Below, one piece after another: positions 10,953-20,952 of a stretch of DNA of 64,000 nucleotides. Origin of the DNA: Gemmatimonadales bacterium (lineage in GTDB: Bacteria > Gemmatimonadota > Gemmatimonadetes > Gemmatimonadales > GWC2-71-9); the NCBI GenBank assembly GCA_037189525.1, contig JBBCJC010000005.1:128001-192000 (forward strand). The letters are read 5' to 3'. Within the stretch, counting starts at the first letter, position 1, and every line of letters begins with the position of its first letter. Both the position numbers and the translations under genes were made by a program. The notes beneath the pieces were generated by a model, which did not search any database, was not told the DNA's origin, and saw only the letters and a list, made by a program, of their open reading frames with translations.

Positions 10953-12023
10953 TCAGGCCCGATCGAACATGAGGAGGGTGTCCTGACCCAGCGCCTGTCG
11001 CTCGACGATGGTCCAGCGCTCGGCCTGCAACAGCGAAGGAACCTCGAAGCCACGCACCGCCTTGATCCCATGATCGCCGAGCCAGACCGGACTCACGATC
11101 CAGGCAAAGCGATCCACCAGCCCGCGCGCGAGCAGGCTGCCGCTCAGTCGCCCGCCCCCCTCGATCAGGATCGAGTCGATTCCCAACTGCTTGAGTTCCG
11201 AGAGCCCTTCGGCCAAATCACTGGTCAGGATGATGTCGACTCCGCGATCGGTCAGCGCATTCCGTTCGTTAGGCACGAGCCCGTCGCCGATCAGCACCGT
11301 GTGGCGCACCGCGGCGGTCCGGACCAGCGCCGAGTCGAGCGACAGCCGGCGCCGGCCAAGGAAAACCACCCGGGCGGGGGCGGTCCGGGGTTCGAGCGCG
11401 CCGCGCACGGTGAGCGACGGATCGTCGACCTGCGCCGTCCGGCCTCCGACCCCGATCGCTGCGAAGCCGGCCCGAAACCAGTGGACCCAGTCGCGCGCTT
11501 CCTCGCCGGAAATCCAGCGCGACACCCCGGCACTGTCCGCGATACAATGATCGAGGGAGGTGGCCAGCTTGACGGCCACGAACGGGCGATCGAGCTCGCT
11601 CACCGCATTCAGAAACGCCGAATTGAGTCGCTCGGCCGCTTCCCGTCCTAGGCCGGTCGCGACCTCGATACCGGCCTCCTCCAGCCGGGCCCGGCCACCC
11701 GCCGCCACTGGATTCGGATCCAGGCTGGCAATCACCACCCGGCGGATTCCGCTCGCAATGATTGTCTCGGCGCAGGAGGGCTGCTTGCCGGCGTGGGCAC
11801 AGGGCTCCAGGGTCACCACCATCGTGGCGCCCCGGGCACGCGGACCCGCCGCCGCCAGCGCAACTGCTTCGGCATGGGGACCGCCATACTCGGCATGGTA
11901 CCCCTCGCCGACGATCTGATCGCCGGCGAGGACTACGGCCCCGACCATGGGATTGGGATGGACTCGGCCCCAGCCCCGTCGGGCCAGTTCGAGGGCGCGG
12001 TCCATGGCGCGAACTTCGATCAC
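10953..12023 (-). CDS. ribD: Riboflavin biosynthesis deaminase/reductase
   Basis: PNPMVGAV, HAE, TLEPC..C zinc motifs, IEGGG. Confidence 0.96.
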   Translation of the reverse strand: MIEVRAMDRALELARRGWGRVHPNPMVGAVVLAGDQIVGEGYHAEYGGPHAEAVALAAAGPRARGATMVVTLEPCAHAGKQPSCAETIIASGIRRVVIASLDPNPVAAGGRARLEEAGIEVATGLGREAAERLNSAFLNAVSELDRPFVAVKLATSLDHCIADSAGVSRWISGEEARDWVHWFRAGFAAIGVGGRTAQVDDPSLTVRGALEPRTAPARVVFLGRRRLSLDSALVRTAAVRHTVLIGDGLVPNERNALTDRGVDIILTSDLAEGLSELKQLGIDSILIEGGGRLSGSLLARGLVDRFAWIVSPVWLGDHGIKAVRGFEVPSLLQAERWTIVERQALGQDTLLMFDRA

Positions 12024-12025
12024 GC

Positions 12026-13012
12026 CTACAGTTTAAACCCGAGCCCCGCCCCGCCGAAGAACCGGCCCGATTTGGTATCGCTGGCCCTGAAAATGGTGGT
12101 CTGCCCGTCGCCTTTGCCGACCTGGAAGCCGGCCTCCAGCGTCAGCCGGGCCACCGAACCCAGCGCCACGGCAAAGTTGGTGGCGGTCACGATCCGCATG
12201 GTCGACACCGTCGAGTCAGCCCGGGAGGACGCGAGTCCGGTGGCCGGATCGCGGAACACGACCGAGTAGTTGCCCTTGATCAGGTCGGCCCCGCCCCCCG
12301 CAGTGAACTCGAAGGCGCCAAACTTGTGCCCCAGCATCAGCCGGGTGGTAATGGCCGAGACCGACAGCGTGTAGGCGTAGTCGCTGCCCGCATTGAGGTT
12401 CCCGACGGCGAATTTGGGGAGATTACTCTGCCCCACGTTGAGACTCACGGTCGGCATCGCGGAGGTTGGCACGAACGCCAGACGGAGGCCGTAGCCAAAG
12501 CCGAGCGCCATCCCGGCCACGCGACGCGTATCGGGAGTAAACCGGAAGTAGCCTCCCGCATCGTCGGGCATGGCGGTCACCGAGCCCAGGAAATCGGCCG
12601 AGGCGGCGCCGACCGGGAGAGCTTTCTGAAAGAGACCGAGGCGGAGATCCAGCCTGGGAGCGATGAACGAGGCGCGCCGGAGCGCCGGAACGGTATCGAC
12701 GCTGCCGTCATAGACCGTCGACGGCAGCACGGCCCGGAGCGCCGTGAATCGGAAGGTGACCCCGATATCGCCGAAGCCTCGTCCGCCGGCGGCGGTGCCG
12801 AGGCTCGGGTTCCCGCCGGTTGCCAGGAGCGCGGCAAACGGCGTGGTGGTAGTCAGAGCGTCGTATCCGGCGCGACAGACGGCCTGGGTCGCGCCGATGT
12901 GGGTCTCACACGGATGCGGAGCTGGCGGCTCCGGTTCGGTTTGGGCACTCGTGGTCGCCGCGCACACGAACGTGACGGCGAGGCCGATCAGCGTGGCGTA
13001 TCGCCTCTGCAC
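12026..13012 (-). CDS. Exported hypothetical protein, probable outer-membrane beta-barrel
   Basis: Signal peptide, alternating amphipathic strands, C-terminal GAGLGFKL. Confidence 0.65.
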   Translation of the reverse strand: MQRRYATLIGLAVTFVCAATTSAQTEPEPPAPHPCETHIGATQAVCRAGYDALTTTTPFAALLATGGNPSLGTAAGGRGFGDIGVTFRFTALRAVLPSTVYDGSVDTVPALRRASFIAPRLDLRLGLFQKALPVGAASADFLGSVTAMPDDAGGYFRFTPDTRRVAGMALGFGYGLRLAFVPTSAMPTVSLNVGQSNLPKFAVGNLNAGSDYAYTLSVSAITTRLMLGHKFGAFEFTAGGGADLIKGNYSVVFRDPATGLASSRADSTVSTMRIVTATNFAVALGSVARLTLEAGFQVGKGDGQTTIFRASDTKSGRFFGGAGLGFKL

Positions 13013-13036
13013 GCGGATCCCCCTGAAAAGCCAACG

Positions 13037-14059
13037 TCAGGTGAATCGCACTCCGCCCTGCCCGGCACGGACCTCTCCGGCGATCCACGTCTCGATGCCC
13101 ACCTTGCGAGCGGCTTCCCGCACGCGCTCGGCTGCGTCGGGCGGAACGGCCACGACTAGCCCGGCCCCGATGTTGAAGACCTGGCGCATCTCGTCGACCG
13201 AGACCTGCCCGGCTTCCATCAGGAAGGTGAACAGCGGCGGCCACTCCCAAGAGCGGGACTCGATGACCGCGTCCAGGGTGGAGGGCAATACCCGGACCAG
13301 ATTTCCCTCGAGCCCGCCCCCGGTGATATGGGCAATCCCGTGGACCAGATCGAGCACCGGATAGACCGCGTGAAAGTAGCTCTGATGGACCGCCAGAAGG
13401 GCCTCGCCGACGGTCGTGCCGGTGGCGCTAAGTGCTGAATCGACCGAGAGTTTGAGCCGATCGAAGCAGATCTTCCGGGCCAGGGTGTAGCCGTTGGTAT
13501 GGAGCCCGGTCGAGCGGTAGCCGATCAGGACATCCCCCGCCCTGATGGCGTCGCCGTGAAGGGCGGCAGATTCCTCCACCACCCCGACAATCGTGCCGGC
13601 CAGGTCGTAGTCGCCGGGGGCGTAGATGTCGGGCAGCGAGGCGGTTTCGCCGCCGGTCAGCGCCATCTCGTGGGCCCGGCAGCCGCGCGCCACCCCTTCG
13701 ACGATATCGGCAAGCTGGATCTCAGTCAGGCCGTTGGAGCCGATGTAATCCTGGAACGCGATGCCGCGGGCGCCGTGCACCAGGATGTCGTTGACGCTGT
13801 GGTTGACGATGTCCTCGCCCACCGTGTCGTAGCGCCCCGCCAGCTTGGCAACCAGGACCTTGGTGCCGACGCTGTCGGTGCTGGTGACCAGGATCGGCTG
13901 CTTCATCCCTTCGGGAATGCGCACCATGCCGCCGAACGCGCCCACCAATCCGCGGGAAAGCGGCGTCCTGGTGCTGGCGACGGCCTGGCCGATCCGCCGC
14001 TTGGCGGCCGCGAGCGCGTCGAGATCGACGCCGGCAGCTGCGTACTGCGGCCCGCTCAT
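13037..14059 (-). CDS. purM: Phosphoribosylformylglycinamidine cyclo-ligase (AIR synthetase)
   Basis: YAAAGVD, TDSVGTK, GGETA, GLHTNGY, HITGGG. Confidence 0.96.
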   Translation of the reverse strand: MSGPQYAAAGVDLDALAAAKRRIGQAVASTRTPLSRGLVGAFGGMVRIPEGMKQPILVTSTDSVGTKVLVAKLAGRYDTVGEDIVNHSVNDILVHGARGIAFQDYIGSNGLTEIQLADIVEGVARGCRAHEMALTGGETASLPDIYAPGDYDLAGTIVGVVEESAALHGDAIRAGDVLIGYRSTGLHTNGYTLARKICFDRLKLSVDSALSATGTTVGEALLAVHQSYFHAVYPVLDLVHGIAHITGGGLEGNLVRVLPSTLDAVIESRSWEWPPLFTFLMEAGQVSVDEMRQVFNIGAGLVVAVPPDAAERVREAARKVGIETWIAGEVRAGQGGVRFT

Positions 14060-14976
14060 GGTAACTCCTCCGCCGAAGGGACTTTGGTCAGCTCGACGAA
14101 CGCCTGAACCCGTTTCTGCACGGTGTCGAAGTCGACTTTTTCGAAACCCTTGATCCCGAAACCCTGCACCGCAAACGACCCCATCGCCGAGCCGTAAACC
14201 ATGGCGCGGCGCATCTGCTCGGGCGCCGCCGAGCCCGCCCGCGCGAGGTAGCCCATGAACCCGCCGGCAAAAGCATCGCCGGCGCCGGTCGGATCGAAGA
14301 CTTCCTCCAACGGGTACGCCGGTACGTAAAAGGTTCGCCCCGGCTCGAGCAGGAGCGCACCGAACTCACCCTGTTTGATCACGACCCGGGTCGGGCCGTG
14401 TTCCAGAATCCAGCGGCCGGCCTTGTGGATGTTCCACTCGCCCGAGAGTTCGCGGGCTTCGCTATCGTTGACGAGCAGCATGTCGACCCGCTTGAGCAGC
14501 GCCATCAACTCCGGCCGCTTGCTCTGGATCCAGTAGTTCATGGTGTCGCACGCCACCAGCTTGGGCGTGTCGAGCTGTTCGAGTACCGTGAGCTGCAGCT
14601 CTGGATCGATGTTGCCCAGGAAGAGGAAGTCCGACGATTCCCACGCCGCCGGCAGCTTGGGCCGAAACGCCGCAAAGACACCGAGCCGGGTGTCGAGCGT
14701 TTCGCGGCTCTGCAGGTCGTAGCTGTATTTGCCCTTCCAGCGGAAGCTCTCGCCCTTGGCGCGCTCGACGCCGGTCCAGTCGATCCCGCGCGGCGCGAGC
14801 CGGTCGAGTTCGTGCACCGGATAGTCGTCGCCCACGACGCCGACCACCTTGACCTTGGACAGGAGAGACGCCGCCACACTGAAGTAGACGGCGGATCCGC
14901 CCAGCGCATCGGCGGTTTCGCCGAACGGCGTGTAGATGGAATCGAGGGCAACGCTCCCGACCACGAGCAAAGGCAT
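14056..14976 (-). CDS. PfkB family carbohydrate/nucleoside kinase
   Basis: VVGSVALD, GGSA, DPTGAGDAFAGG. Confidence 0.92.
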   Translation of the reverse strand: MPLLVVGSVALDSIYTPFGETADALGGSAVYFSVAASLLSKVKVVGVVGDDYPVHELDRLAPRGIDWTGVERAKGESFRWKGKYSYDLQSRETLDTRLGVFAAFRPKLPAAWESSDFLFLGNIDPELQLTVLEQLDTPKLVACDTMNYWIQSKRPELMALLKRVDMLLVNDSEARELSGEWNIHKAGRWILEHGPTRVVIKQGEFGALLLEPGRTFYVPAYPLEEVFDPTGAGDAFAGGFMGYLARAGSAAPEQMRRAMVYGSAMGSFAVQGFGIKGFEKVDFDTVQKRVQAFVELTKVPSAEELP

Positions 14977-14981
14977 GATGA

Positions 14982-16619
14982 TTACATCCGTTCCGGGGCG
15001 GAGAGCCCCAAGAGTTGGAGTCCGTTGCGAAGGACGATGCGGGTGGCGCGGGCCAGCACGAGACGCGCCCGTTCGACGTCGGGCGCTTCGCCCAGGACGC
15101 GGCAGTGATGGTACCAGCCGTGTGCAATCCCGGCGAGTTCTTCCAGGTACGCGGTCACTCGATGCGGCTCCCGATCGGCGGCAGCCTTGGCTACCTGCTC
15201 CGGAAAGACGGTCAAGGCCTTGAGCAGTTCCTGATCCTGCGGCGCCGGCAGTCCCGCCAGGTCCGCAGTATCACCGGCGTCCTCGGGCGTCTTCCCGGCG
15301 GTCCGGAAGATCCCGCTCATCCGGGCGTGCGCCATCTGGACGTAGAAGATCGGATTCTCGTCGGTCCGCTTCTGCGCCAGGTCGATGTCGAAGACGAACG
15401 GGGTATCGGCTCGGCGCATCAGGAAGAAGTAGCGCGCGGCGTCGGTACCAACTTCGTCGAGTAGATCGCGCAGGGTCACGAAGTTCCCCGCCCGCTTGGA
15501 CATCTTCAGCTCTTCGCCGCCCTTGACCACTTTGACCAGCTGGACCATCGGCACCTCGAAACTCGAGGCCGGGTGACCCAGCGCCACCAGTACGGCGCGC
15601 ATCCGCGGGATGTAGCCGTGATGGTCGGCGCCCCAGACATCGATCAGGTTCTCGAACCCGCGCGAGAACTTGTCGACGTGATAGGCAATGTCCGGGGTCA
15701 GATAGGTGTAGCTGCCGTCGCTCTTCTTGAGGACTCGGTCCTTGTCGTCGCCGAACGAGGTGGTCCGCATCCAGACCGCGCCGTCCTGTTCGAAGATCAG
15801 GCCGCGCGACCTGAGCAGATCGAGGGTCGCCTCGATCTTACCCGAGTCGTAGAGCGACTGCTCGGAGGTGTGGACATCGAAGACCACGCCGAAGTCGCGG
15901 AGCAGCGTGTCCTGCTCGATCCGCTGGCTCTCCAGCGCAAACTGGCGGCAGACCGGCAGCGCTTCGGCTTCCGGCAGCTCGGCAAAGGCCGCGCCCTCGC
16001 GGGCCAGCAGCGCAGCGGCGGATTCGATCAGATACTCGCCGTGGTAGCCGCCTTCAGGGATCGACGCCTCCCGGCCGGCCGCCTGCTGCACCCGGGCCCA
16101 GAGGCTCTGCGCCACCTTGTCGATCTGGACGCCCGCATCGTTGATGTAGAACTCGCGGGTCACGTCGTGTCCGGTCCACTCCAGCAGCGCGGCGAGCGCA
16201 TCACCCAGCGCAGCACCACGACCGTGCCCGACATGCAGCGGACCGGTGGGATTGGCGGAGACGAACTCGACGTTGACCTTCTTGCCTGCCCCTGTCGTCG
16301 ACCGTCCGTAACCGGCATCGGCCGCGATGATGCTCGACAGTTGGCTCGCCAGGGCATCCTCGGCCAGCCAGAAGTTGATGAAGCCCGGGCCGGCGATTTC
16401 GGTCTTGGCAATCAGCCCGGCCGGCAGCGCCAGCTGCGCAATGACCGACTCGGCCAGCTTGCGCGGATTGGCCTTGAGCGACTTGGCCAGCACCATGGCG
16501 AGATTGGTGGCGAGATCACCGTGGCCGGCATCGCGCGGCCGCTCGACCACGAAGGCCGCATCGGGCGCGCCGAGTGCGGCGGCAATGCGGGCCAGCTCGG
16601 CGCGAATCGGATCGGTCAC
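14982..16619 (-). CDS. argS: Arginine--tRNA ligase
   Basis: VEFVSANPTGPLHVGHGR (HIGH), KMSKRAG, YVQMAHAR, C-terminal PERM. Confidence 0.98.
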   Translation of the reverse strand: MTDPIRAELARIAAALGAPDAAFVVERPRDAGHGDLATNLAMVLAKSLKANPRKLAESVIAQLALPAGLIAKTEIAGPGFINFWLAEDALASQLSSIIAADAGYGRSTTGAGKKVNVEFVSANPTGPLHVGHGRGAALGDALAALLEWTGHDVTREFYINDAGVQIDKVAQSLWARVQQAAGREASIPEGGYHGEYLIESAAALLAREGAAFAELPEAEALPVCRQFALESQRIEQDTLLRDFGVVFDVHTSEQSLYDSGKIEATLDLLRSRGLIFEQDGAVWMRTTSFGDDKDRVLKKSDGSYTYLTPDIAYHVDKFSRGFENLIDVWGADHHGYIPRMRAVLVALGHPASSFEVPMVQLVKVVKGGEELKMSKRAGNFVTLRDLLDEVGTDAARYFFLMRRADTPFVFDIDLAQKRTDENPIFYVQMAHARMSGIFRTAGKTPEDAGDTADLAGLPAPQDQELLKALTVFPEQVAKAAADREPHRVTAYLEELAGIAHGWYHHCRVLGEAPDVERARLVLARATRIVLRNGLQLLGLSAPERM

Positions 16620-16960
16620 TCCGCCGCCTTCTTGGTTGATTTCTTCGCCGGCTTGGCGGCGGGCTTGGCAGACGCGTCCTTGGGCGTGCTGTCACTCGAG
16701 GCGCTCGAGCTGTCGCTCTTGTCCGCCTTGGGCGCGCTGCTGCTCTCCGACGAGGAGGACTCCTTGCGGGGCCCCTTCCCGTCTTTGCCATAGTCGGTGA
16801 TGTAAAAGCCGCTGCCTTTGAAAATGAGGCCGGCTCCACCGGAGATTACCCGCTTGGCCGCCGCCCCGCATTCGGGGCACTTGGACTTGGGCTTATCAGA
16901 GATGCGCTGGAACGCTTCGAAACGGTGCCCTTTGGCACACTGATACTCGTACGTCGGCAT
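16616..16960 (-). CDS. FmdB-family zinc ribbon protein
   Basis: MPTYEYQC..GH..CPECG..FKGSGFYITDY with low-complexity S/K tail. Confidence 0.9.
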   Translation of the reverse strand: MPTYEYQCAKGHRFEAFQRISDKPKSKCPECGAAAKRVISGGAGLIFKGSGFYITDYGKDGKGPRKESSSSESSSAPKADKSDSSSASSDSTPKDASAKPAAKPAKKSTKKAAE

Positions 16961-17188
16961 GGATCCTGGTCAGACGGCGTAAACAGATACAACCAATAAA
17001 CTTAGCCGACTTCCAGCCTCAACGCCAATCCCTCTGCCAAGCCCCTGCTGCCGCCCTAAATGCTCGAACGGTACGGCGCAGTACCGGTAGGCCTCTGGCG
17101 CCCACGCCGCCTGCGCACTAACGTGCGATCCACAGGGCCGGCCCGACTCTCCCGCTTGTTTATACCTTACATCCCGGATGTGCTTCGC

Positions 17189-19084
17189 ATGGACGAATTG
17201 CAGGCGCGAATCCTCGTCAAGCGCCTGGAGCAAGAGGCTGCCGCGCGGCCCTTGGCATATCGACTGCGAGTCGCCTGCCTCGCACTACTTGGGTACGGAT
17301 ACTTCGCAATGCTGGCGGCTTTTTCAATTGCCATCCTCTATGCGAGCTACATAGAAGGGGAGATCATCCGCGGCACGATTCCAGCGCTCTTAATTCTTGT
17401 CTTGTTGCTCTCCGCCTTCTGGATCAGGCTGGCACCTCCACTTGGCGTTCCGCTTCGCCGGAGTGAGGCTCCGGATCTCTGGGCGGCAATCGACCAAATA
17501 CGAGTTCAACTTCGGGCGCCCAAAATTCATGAAATTCGTATCAGTGACAAGCACAACGCCGCCATCGCGCAGATTCCCCGGCTAGGGATCTTTGGGTGGT
17601 ACAAAAACTATCTTGTCCTTGGCTTCCCATTGCTTCAGAGCCTCAGCCGAGATCAGGCGTTAGCCGTCATCGGGCATGAGCTCGGGCACCTGTCCAGGAA
17701 TCACGGCCGCTTTGCTGGATGGATTTACCGCCTCCGCATCGCTTGGAGCCGTCTGCACGCAATGTTCGTACGTCTGCACGCAATGTTCGTAAACGAACCC
17801 CACAGCCGCTGGTACGTTCTGTTCGTTCCGTTCATCAATCGGTATGCCCCGTACTTCGAAGCCTATAGCTTCGTCCTGGCTCGAGCCGATGAATACATCG
17901 CGGATCAATGCGCTGCTCAGGTAACAGATCAGGAGGCCGTACGGAGTGGATTGGTCCGGTTGGCATCGGTATCTCGATTCGCTCACGAGACGTTCTTGAG
18001 CTCGATGACCCCGCACCTGAAGAACGAACCTGAGCCACCGGGTGACATTCCGACCAGACTGGCCACCTACCTCCAGGAGCACGCAACGCAAGAGCGTCTC
18101 GCCCGTTACAGGGTCAATGCGGCCGCAGAACGGACCGGTTGGTCCGATACGCACCCGAGTCTGACAGACCGCCTCCGGGGACTCGGGTGGAAGGAGGTGC
18201 CGGAGCCTTCATGGTGCGCGCCGCCACAGCCTGGAGCAGATGCGGCTACCGTACTGCTGAGTCATACGACAATCGGACAGGTATTGGCTCGCCTGGGCGA
18301 CCACTGGCGGTCCACCTATCGTGATTTCTGGAACACAACCCACCATCGGATTCTGATGATTCAGGAGGACTTAAGCGCGCTCGAGGCGCGCGCAGCAACC
18401 GAGACGCTACCGCGCGCGGAGGCATGGAGTCGAATTCGTCTGACGCATCAACTCGACCCCAATCGGGCGTATCCCATGCTGCTGCCGTTCATTGCGGCCC
18501 ATCCGGACCACGCCGAGGCCCGTCTCTATTTCGGCCGCCACCTGGCAGATTTGGGAGACGATGCGGGAATAGACCACCTTCGCAAGGCAAGTCAACTCGA
18601 CGAGGACCTTCTGGTTCCTGCGTACCGTCTCATCGCCGTCGCTCTATCGTCCAAGGGCCGGCGTCAGGAAGCACTCTCGTTCGAGCGGACGGCAGAGGAC
18701 CGTGCAACGATCCTCGAAGCCGCCGATCTCGAGCGCCGTACCATGTCCCGAAAGATGGTTCTCGAGCCGGTCACTCTCCCCGCCGAGACCATTGCAGCTC
18801 TGCGGACGGCGGTAGCGCGATACCCAGATGCAATTCGAGTATATCTGGCCCGGCGGCGGGCTGAGACTTTGCCTGAGCGGCCCTGTTATCTGCTTGGCGT
18901 ACTACCGCGCCGGAAGCACCACCAGCAAGTGATCGACGAAGCCGACCTCCTCACACGACTGACCAACGACATCGAATGGCCGAAGTACGTCCAGGGCGTG
19001 ATCCTTGAGGACGACAACCGATGGCTACTTCATCGGATGCGTACTGGAGCCATCTTGCTCGACTCTCGACCCAATGATCAGTGA
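17189..19084 (+). CDS. M48 family zinc metallopeptidase with TPR-like C-terminal region
   Basis: N-terminal TM helices, NAAI, VIGHELGH (HExxH), EYIAD, DTHPSL; start taken at MDELQ. Confidence 0.85.
   Translation: MDELQARILVKRLEQEAAARPLAYRLRVACLALLGYGYFAMLAAFSIAILYASYIEGEIIRGTIPALLILVLLLSAFWIRLAPPLGVPLRRSEAPDLWAAIDQIRVQLRAPKIHEIRISDKHNAAIAQIPRLGIFGWYKNYLVLGFPLLQSLSRDQALAVIGHELGHLSRNHGRFAGWIYRLRIAWSRLHAMFVRLHAMFVNEPHSRWYVLFVPFINRYAPYFEAYSFVLARADEYIADQCAAQVTDQEAVRSGLVRLASVSRFAHETFLSSMTPHLKNEPEPPGDIPTRLATYLQEHATQERLARYRVNAAAERTGWSDTHPSLTDRLRGLGWKEVPEPSWCAPPQPGADAATVLLSHTTIGQVLARLGDHWRSTYRDFWNTTHHRILMIQEDLSALEARAATETLPRAEAWSRIRLTHQLDPNRAYPMLLPFIAAHPDHAEARLYFGRHLADLGDDAGIDHLRKASQLDEDLLVPAYRLIAVALSSKGRRQEALSFERTAEDRATILEAADLERRTMSRKMVLEPVTLPAETIAALRTAVARYPDAIRVYLARRRAETLPERPCYLLGVLPRRKHHQQVIDEADLLTRLTNDIEWPKYVQGVILEDDNRWLLHRMRTGAILLDSRPNDQ
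17750..17791 (+). repeat. Perfect 21-bp tandem duplication (RLHAMFV x2) inside the M48 gene
   Basis: cgtctgcacgcaatgttcgta at 17750-17770 and 17771-17791. Confidence 0.95.
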
Positions 19085-19123
19085 GGTACCGCGCGTCGTC
19101 CGAGGATTGCCATATTGGTACAC

Positions 19124-19330
19124 ATGAAGACGACACGAAACATCGACGACCGGCTACTGGCCGAGGCTCGCAGACTCACCCAGATCGAGGAAAAAACTGA
19201 GCCGGTTCGCGCTGACCTCGAAGCGCTGATCGCTCGGGAAAGCGCTTGTCGACTCGCTCGCCTCGGCGGATCCGAGCCTGTCATGCGACCGATCCCTCGC
19301 CGGCGGTCGCGGTCGCGCCGCGCCTCGTGA
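19124..19330 (+). CDS. VapB-family antitoxin
   Basis: MKTTRNIDDRLLAEARRLT...LEALIARESA..LARLGGSEP...PRRR; stop overlaps GTG start of a PIN fragment. Confidence 0.8.
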   Translation: MKTTRNIDDRLLAEARRLTQIEEKTEPVRADLEALIARESACRLARLGGSEPVMRPIPRRRSRSRRAS

Positions 19331-19521
19331 TCCTGGTCGACACATCGGTCTGGATCGACCACCGCCGCCGGGATAACGACCTGCTGGAGATGTTATGGCG
19401 CCCCACGGACGCTGATGGGAGCCTTCAACGTGGGCAGTCCCTCGAGGTCGACCCGAACCCGATACGTGCCGCGCGAAACGTTGGCGAAGAGTGCAGTGCG
19501 ATACGTCACGCCTACCGATAG
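19327..19521 (+). pseudogene. Truncated VapC (PIN) toxin; resemblance limited to the first ~22 codons
   Basis: MILVDTSVWIDH PIN N-terminus; the remainder is the antisense of a lipoprotein pseudogene. Confidence 0.75.
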
Positions 19522-19822
19522 CAATCGTGTCGACCCACGATTCCAAGCAGAGGGTGGTACTCACCCGGGGAAACGCTCCCGAGCCGAGATCGTGTTCGAC
19601 AGCAACGTTTATCTCACGTGGATACTGTGTACACGACGGGTTCGTCACCGCGGTTGCTCAGATCGACACGCGCGATAAACTTCCCACCCCGTTCCACGAT
19701 GGCGGGCTCGATCGTCAGTGTGGCCTGGAGCGGTCCGGACTCGGCGGATAGGCCCCCGCGGTAAATAGGACGCTCGCCAGGAGCGCAGCAACCCATGGCG
19801 ATGATCGATGAGTCGAAGTCAC
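19393..19822 (-). pseudogene. Frameshifted fourth member of the Ig-like lipoprotein array
   Basis: Segments in different frames: WVAALLASVLF / LQATLTIEPAIVERGGKFIARVDLSNRGDEPV / TTLCLESWVDTI / YRTALFANVSRGTYRVRVDLEGLPTLKAPISVR*, each aligning with neighbouring paralogs. Confidence 0.75.
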
Positions 19823-19826
19823 CGGG

Positions 19827-20279
19827 CTACTCCACCTGCAGCTTTCCGGACAGTTCGGGCAACTCCATATGGAAATTGAAGTCGACCCGAAGATCGAACG
19901 TTCCGGACCTGCTGCTCGCCATGAGCGGCTGACGGAGGGTGATCTGTTCCGCGGGTGGAATCGTCTCGGTCAGTCCCTCGGGTACGCAGACGTCGAACCG
20001 CTGGATCGGTGAGGCCCCCGGCTGCCCATCCGGCCCGTTACTGACCGAAACGGTCAGCGGATAGCAACCGCGCGTCTGTAGTGAGATCGGCTGATCGGTC
20101 CGGTTGATCAGGTCGACCCGCACGTCGAACTGCTGGTTCACGGCTGCGGTCCCTGGCTCGAGGGAGAGGACGGCCCGCAAACCGTCACGTTCGAATTCGG
20201 GTCGCATGGAGTCGCAAGCGGAGGTGACCCCACCAGCCATCAGCGCGACAACGGTCCTTACTGCTACTCGATATGACAT
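19827..20279 (-). CDS. Small Ig-like-fold lipoprotein (two-Cys family), paralog 3
   Basis: Lipobox-like TSAC; VRVDLINRTDQPISLQTRGC...C...SGTFDLRVDFNF. Confidence 0.75.
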   Translation of the reverse strand: MSYRVAVRTVVALMAGGVTSACDSMRPEFERDGLRAVLSLEPGTAAVNQQFDVRVDLINRTDQPISLQTRGCYPLTVSVSNGPDGQPGASPIQRFDVCVPEGLTETIPPAEQITLRQPLMASSRSGTFDLRVDFNFHMELPELSGKLQVE

Positions 20280-20493
20280 TTAGGTACCTCTCCCGCGGCA
20301 GATCCAGGTAGAAACTGACTTACACTCCCCCCCATGCCTGCCGCGATGAATCGAAAGTATCCCGCGCAGCTTCGTGGGGCAAACACCCTCACACTACCAT
20401 GACCCGCGCACAACCGAAAACGTCACTTCCGACGGTGTATTCGGCCCAGGTTCAATACTCGGGTATGACGAAGCGGCTTAAGTCAGCCATGGT

Positions 20494-20952
20494 TTACTCT
20501 ACCCGCAGCTTCGCGCCCAGGCTCGGCAACGCTTCGGTGAAATTGAAGTCGACGCGAAGGTTGAAAGTCCCGCTGGTTACGTTTGCAACCAGCGGCATCT
20601 TGGGAGAGACGCGGCCACCCGGCGGAATGGTATACACACCACCAATCCCAGTGCAAAAGACCGTCGGGGGTACGAACGCCCCAGCGAGTTGCTTCGACCC
20701 CTTCGTCACCGTGACCTCGAACGCGCGGCACGATCCCGTCCTCAGTTCGATCGACCGGTTACCACGATTGATCAGGTCGACCTGGACCTCGAACGAGCCA
20801 TTGGTCGGGACGACGTCGGGCGCCACCACCACGACGGCGCGCAAATCCCCGAACTCGAACGACGAGGGACCAACGGCGTTACAACCTCCCAGAAGCAGTC
20901 CGATCGTCATAGCCAGGGACGAATATCCCAGGGAAATGATCCCGCGGATCAT
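20494..20952 (-). CDS. Small Ig-like-fold lipoprotein (two-Cys family), paralog 2
   Basis: Lipobox LGGC; VQVDLINRGNRSIELRTGSC...FC...SGTFNLRVDFNF; ATGA overlap with upstream paralog. Confidence 0.8.
   Translation of the reverse strand: MIRGIISLGYSSLAMTIGLLLGGCNAVGPSSFEFGDLRAVVVVAPDVVPTNGSFEVQVDLINRGNRSIELRTGSCRAFEVTVTKGSKQLAGAFVPPTVFCTGIGGVYTIPPGGRVSPKMPLVANVTSGTFNLRVDFNFTEALPSLGAKLRVE

Noticed and set aside
12000..13040. FMN riboswitch ahead of the rib genes
   Set aside because: No intergenic space and no RFN consensus seen
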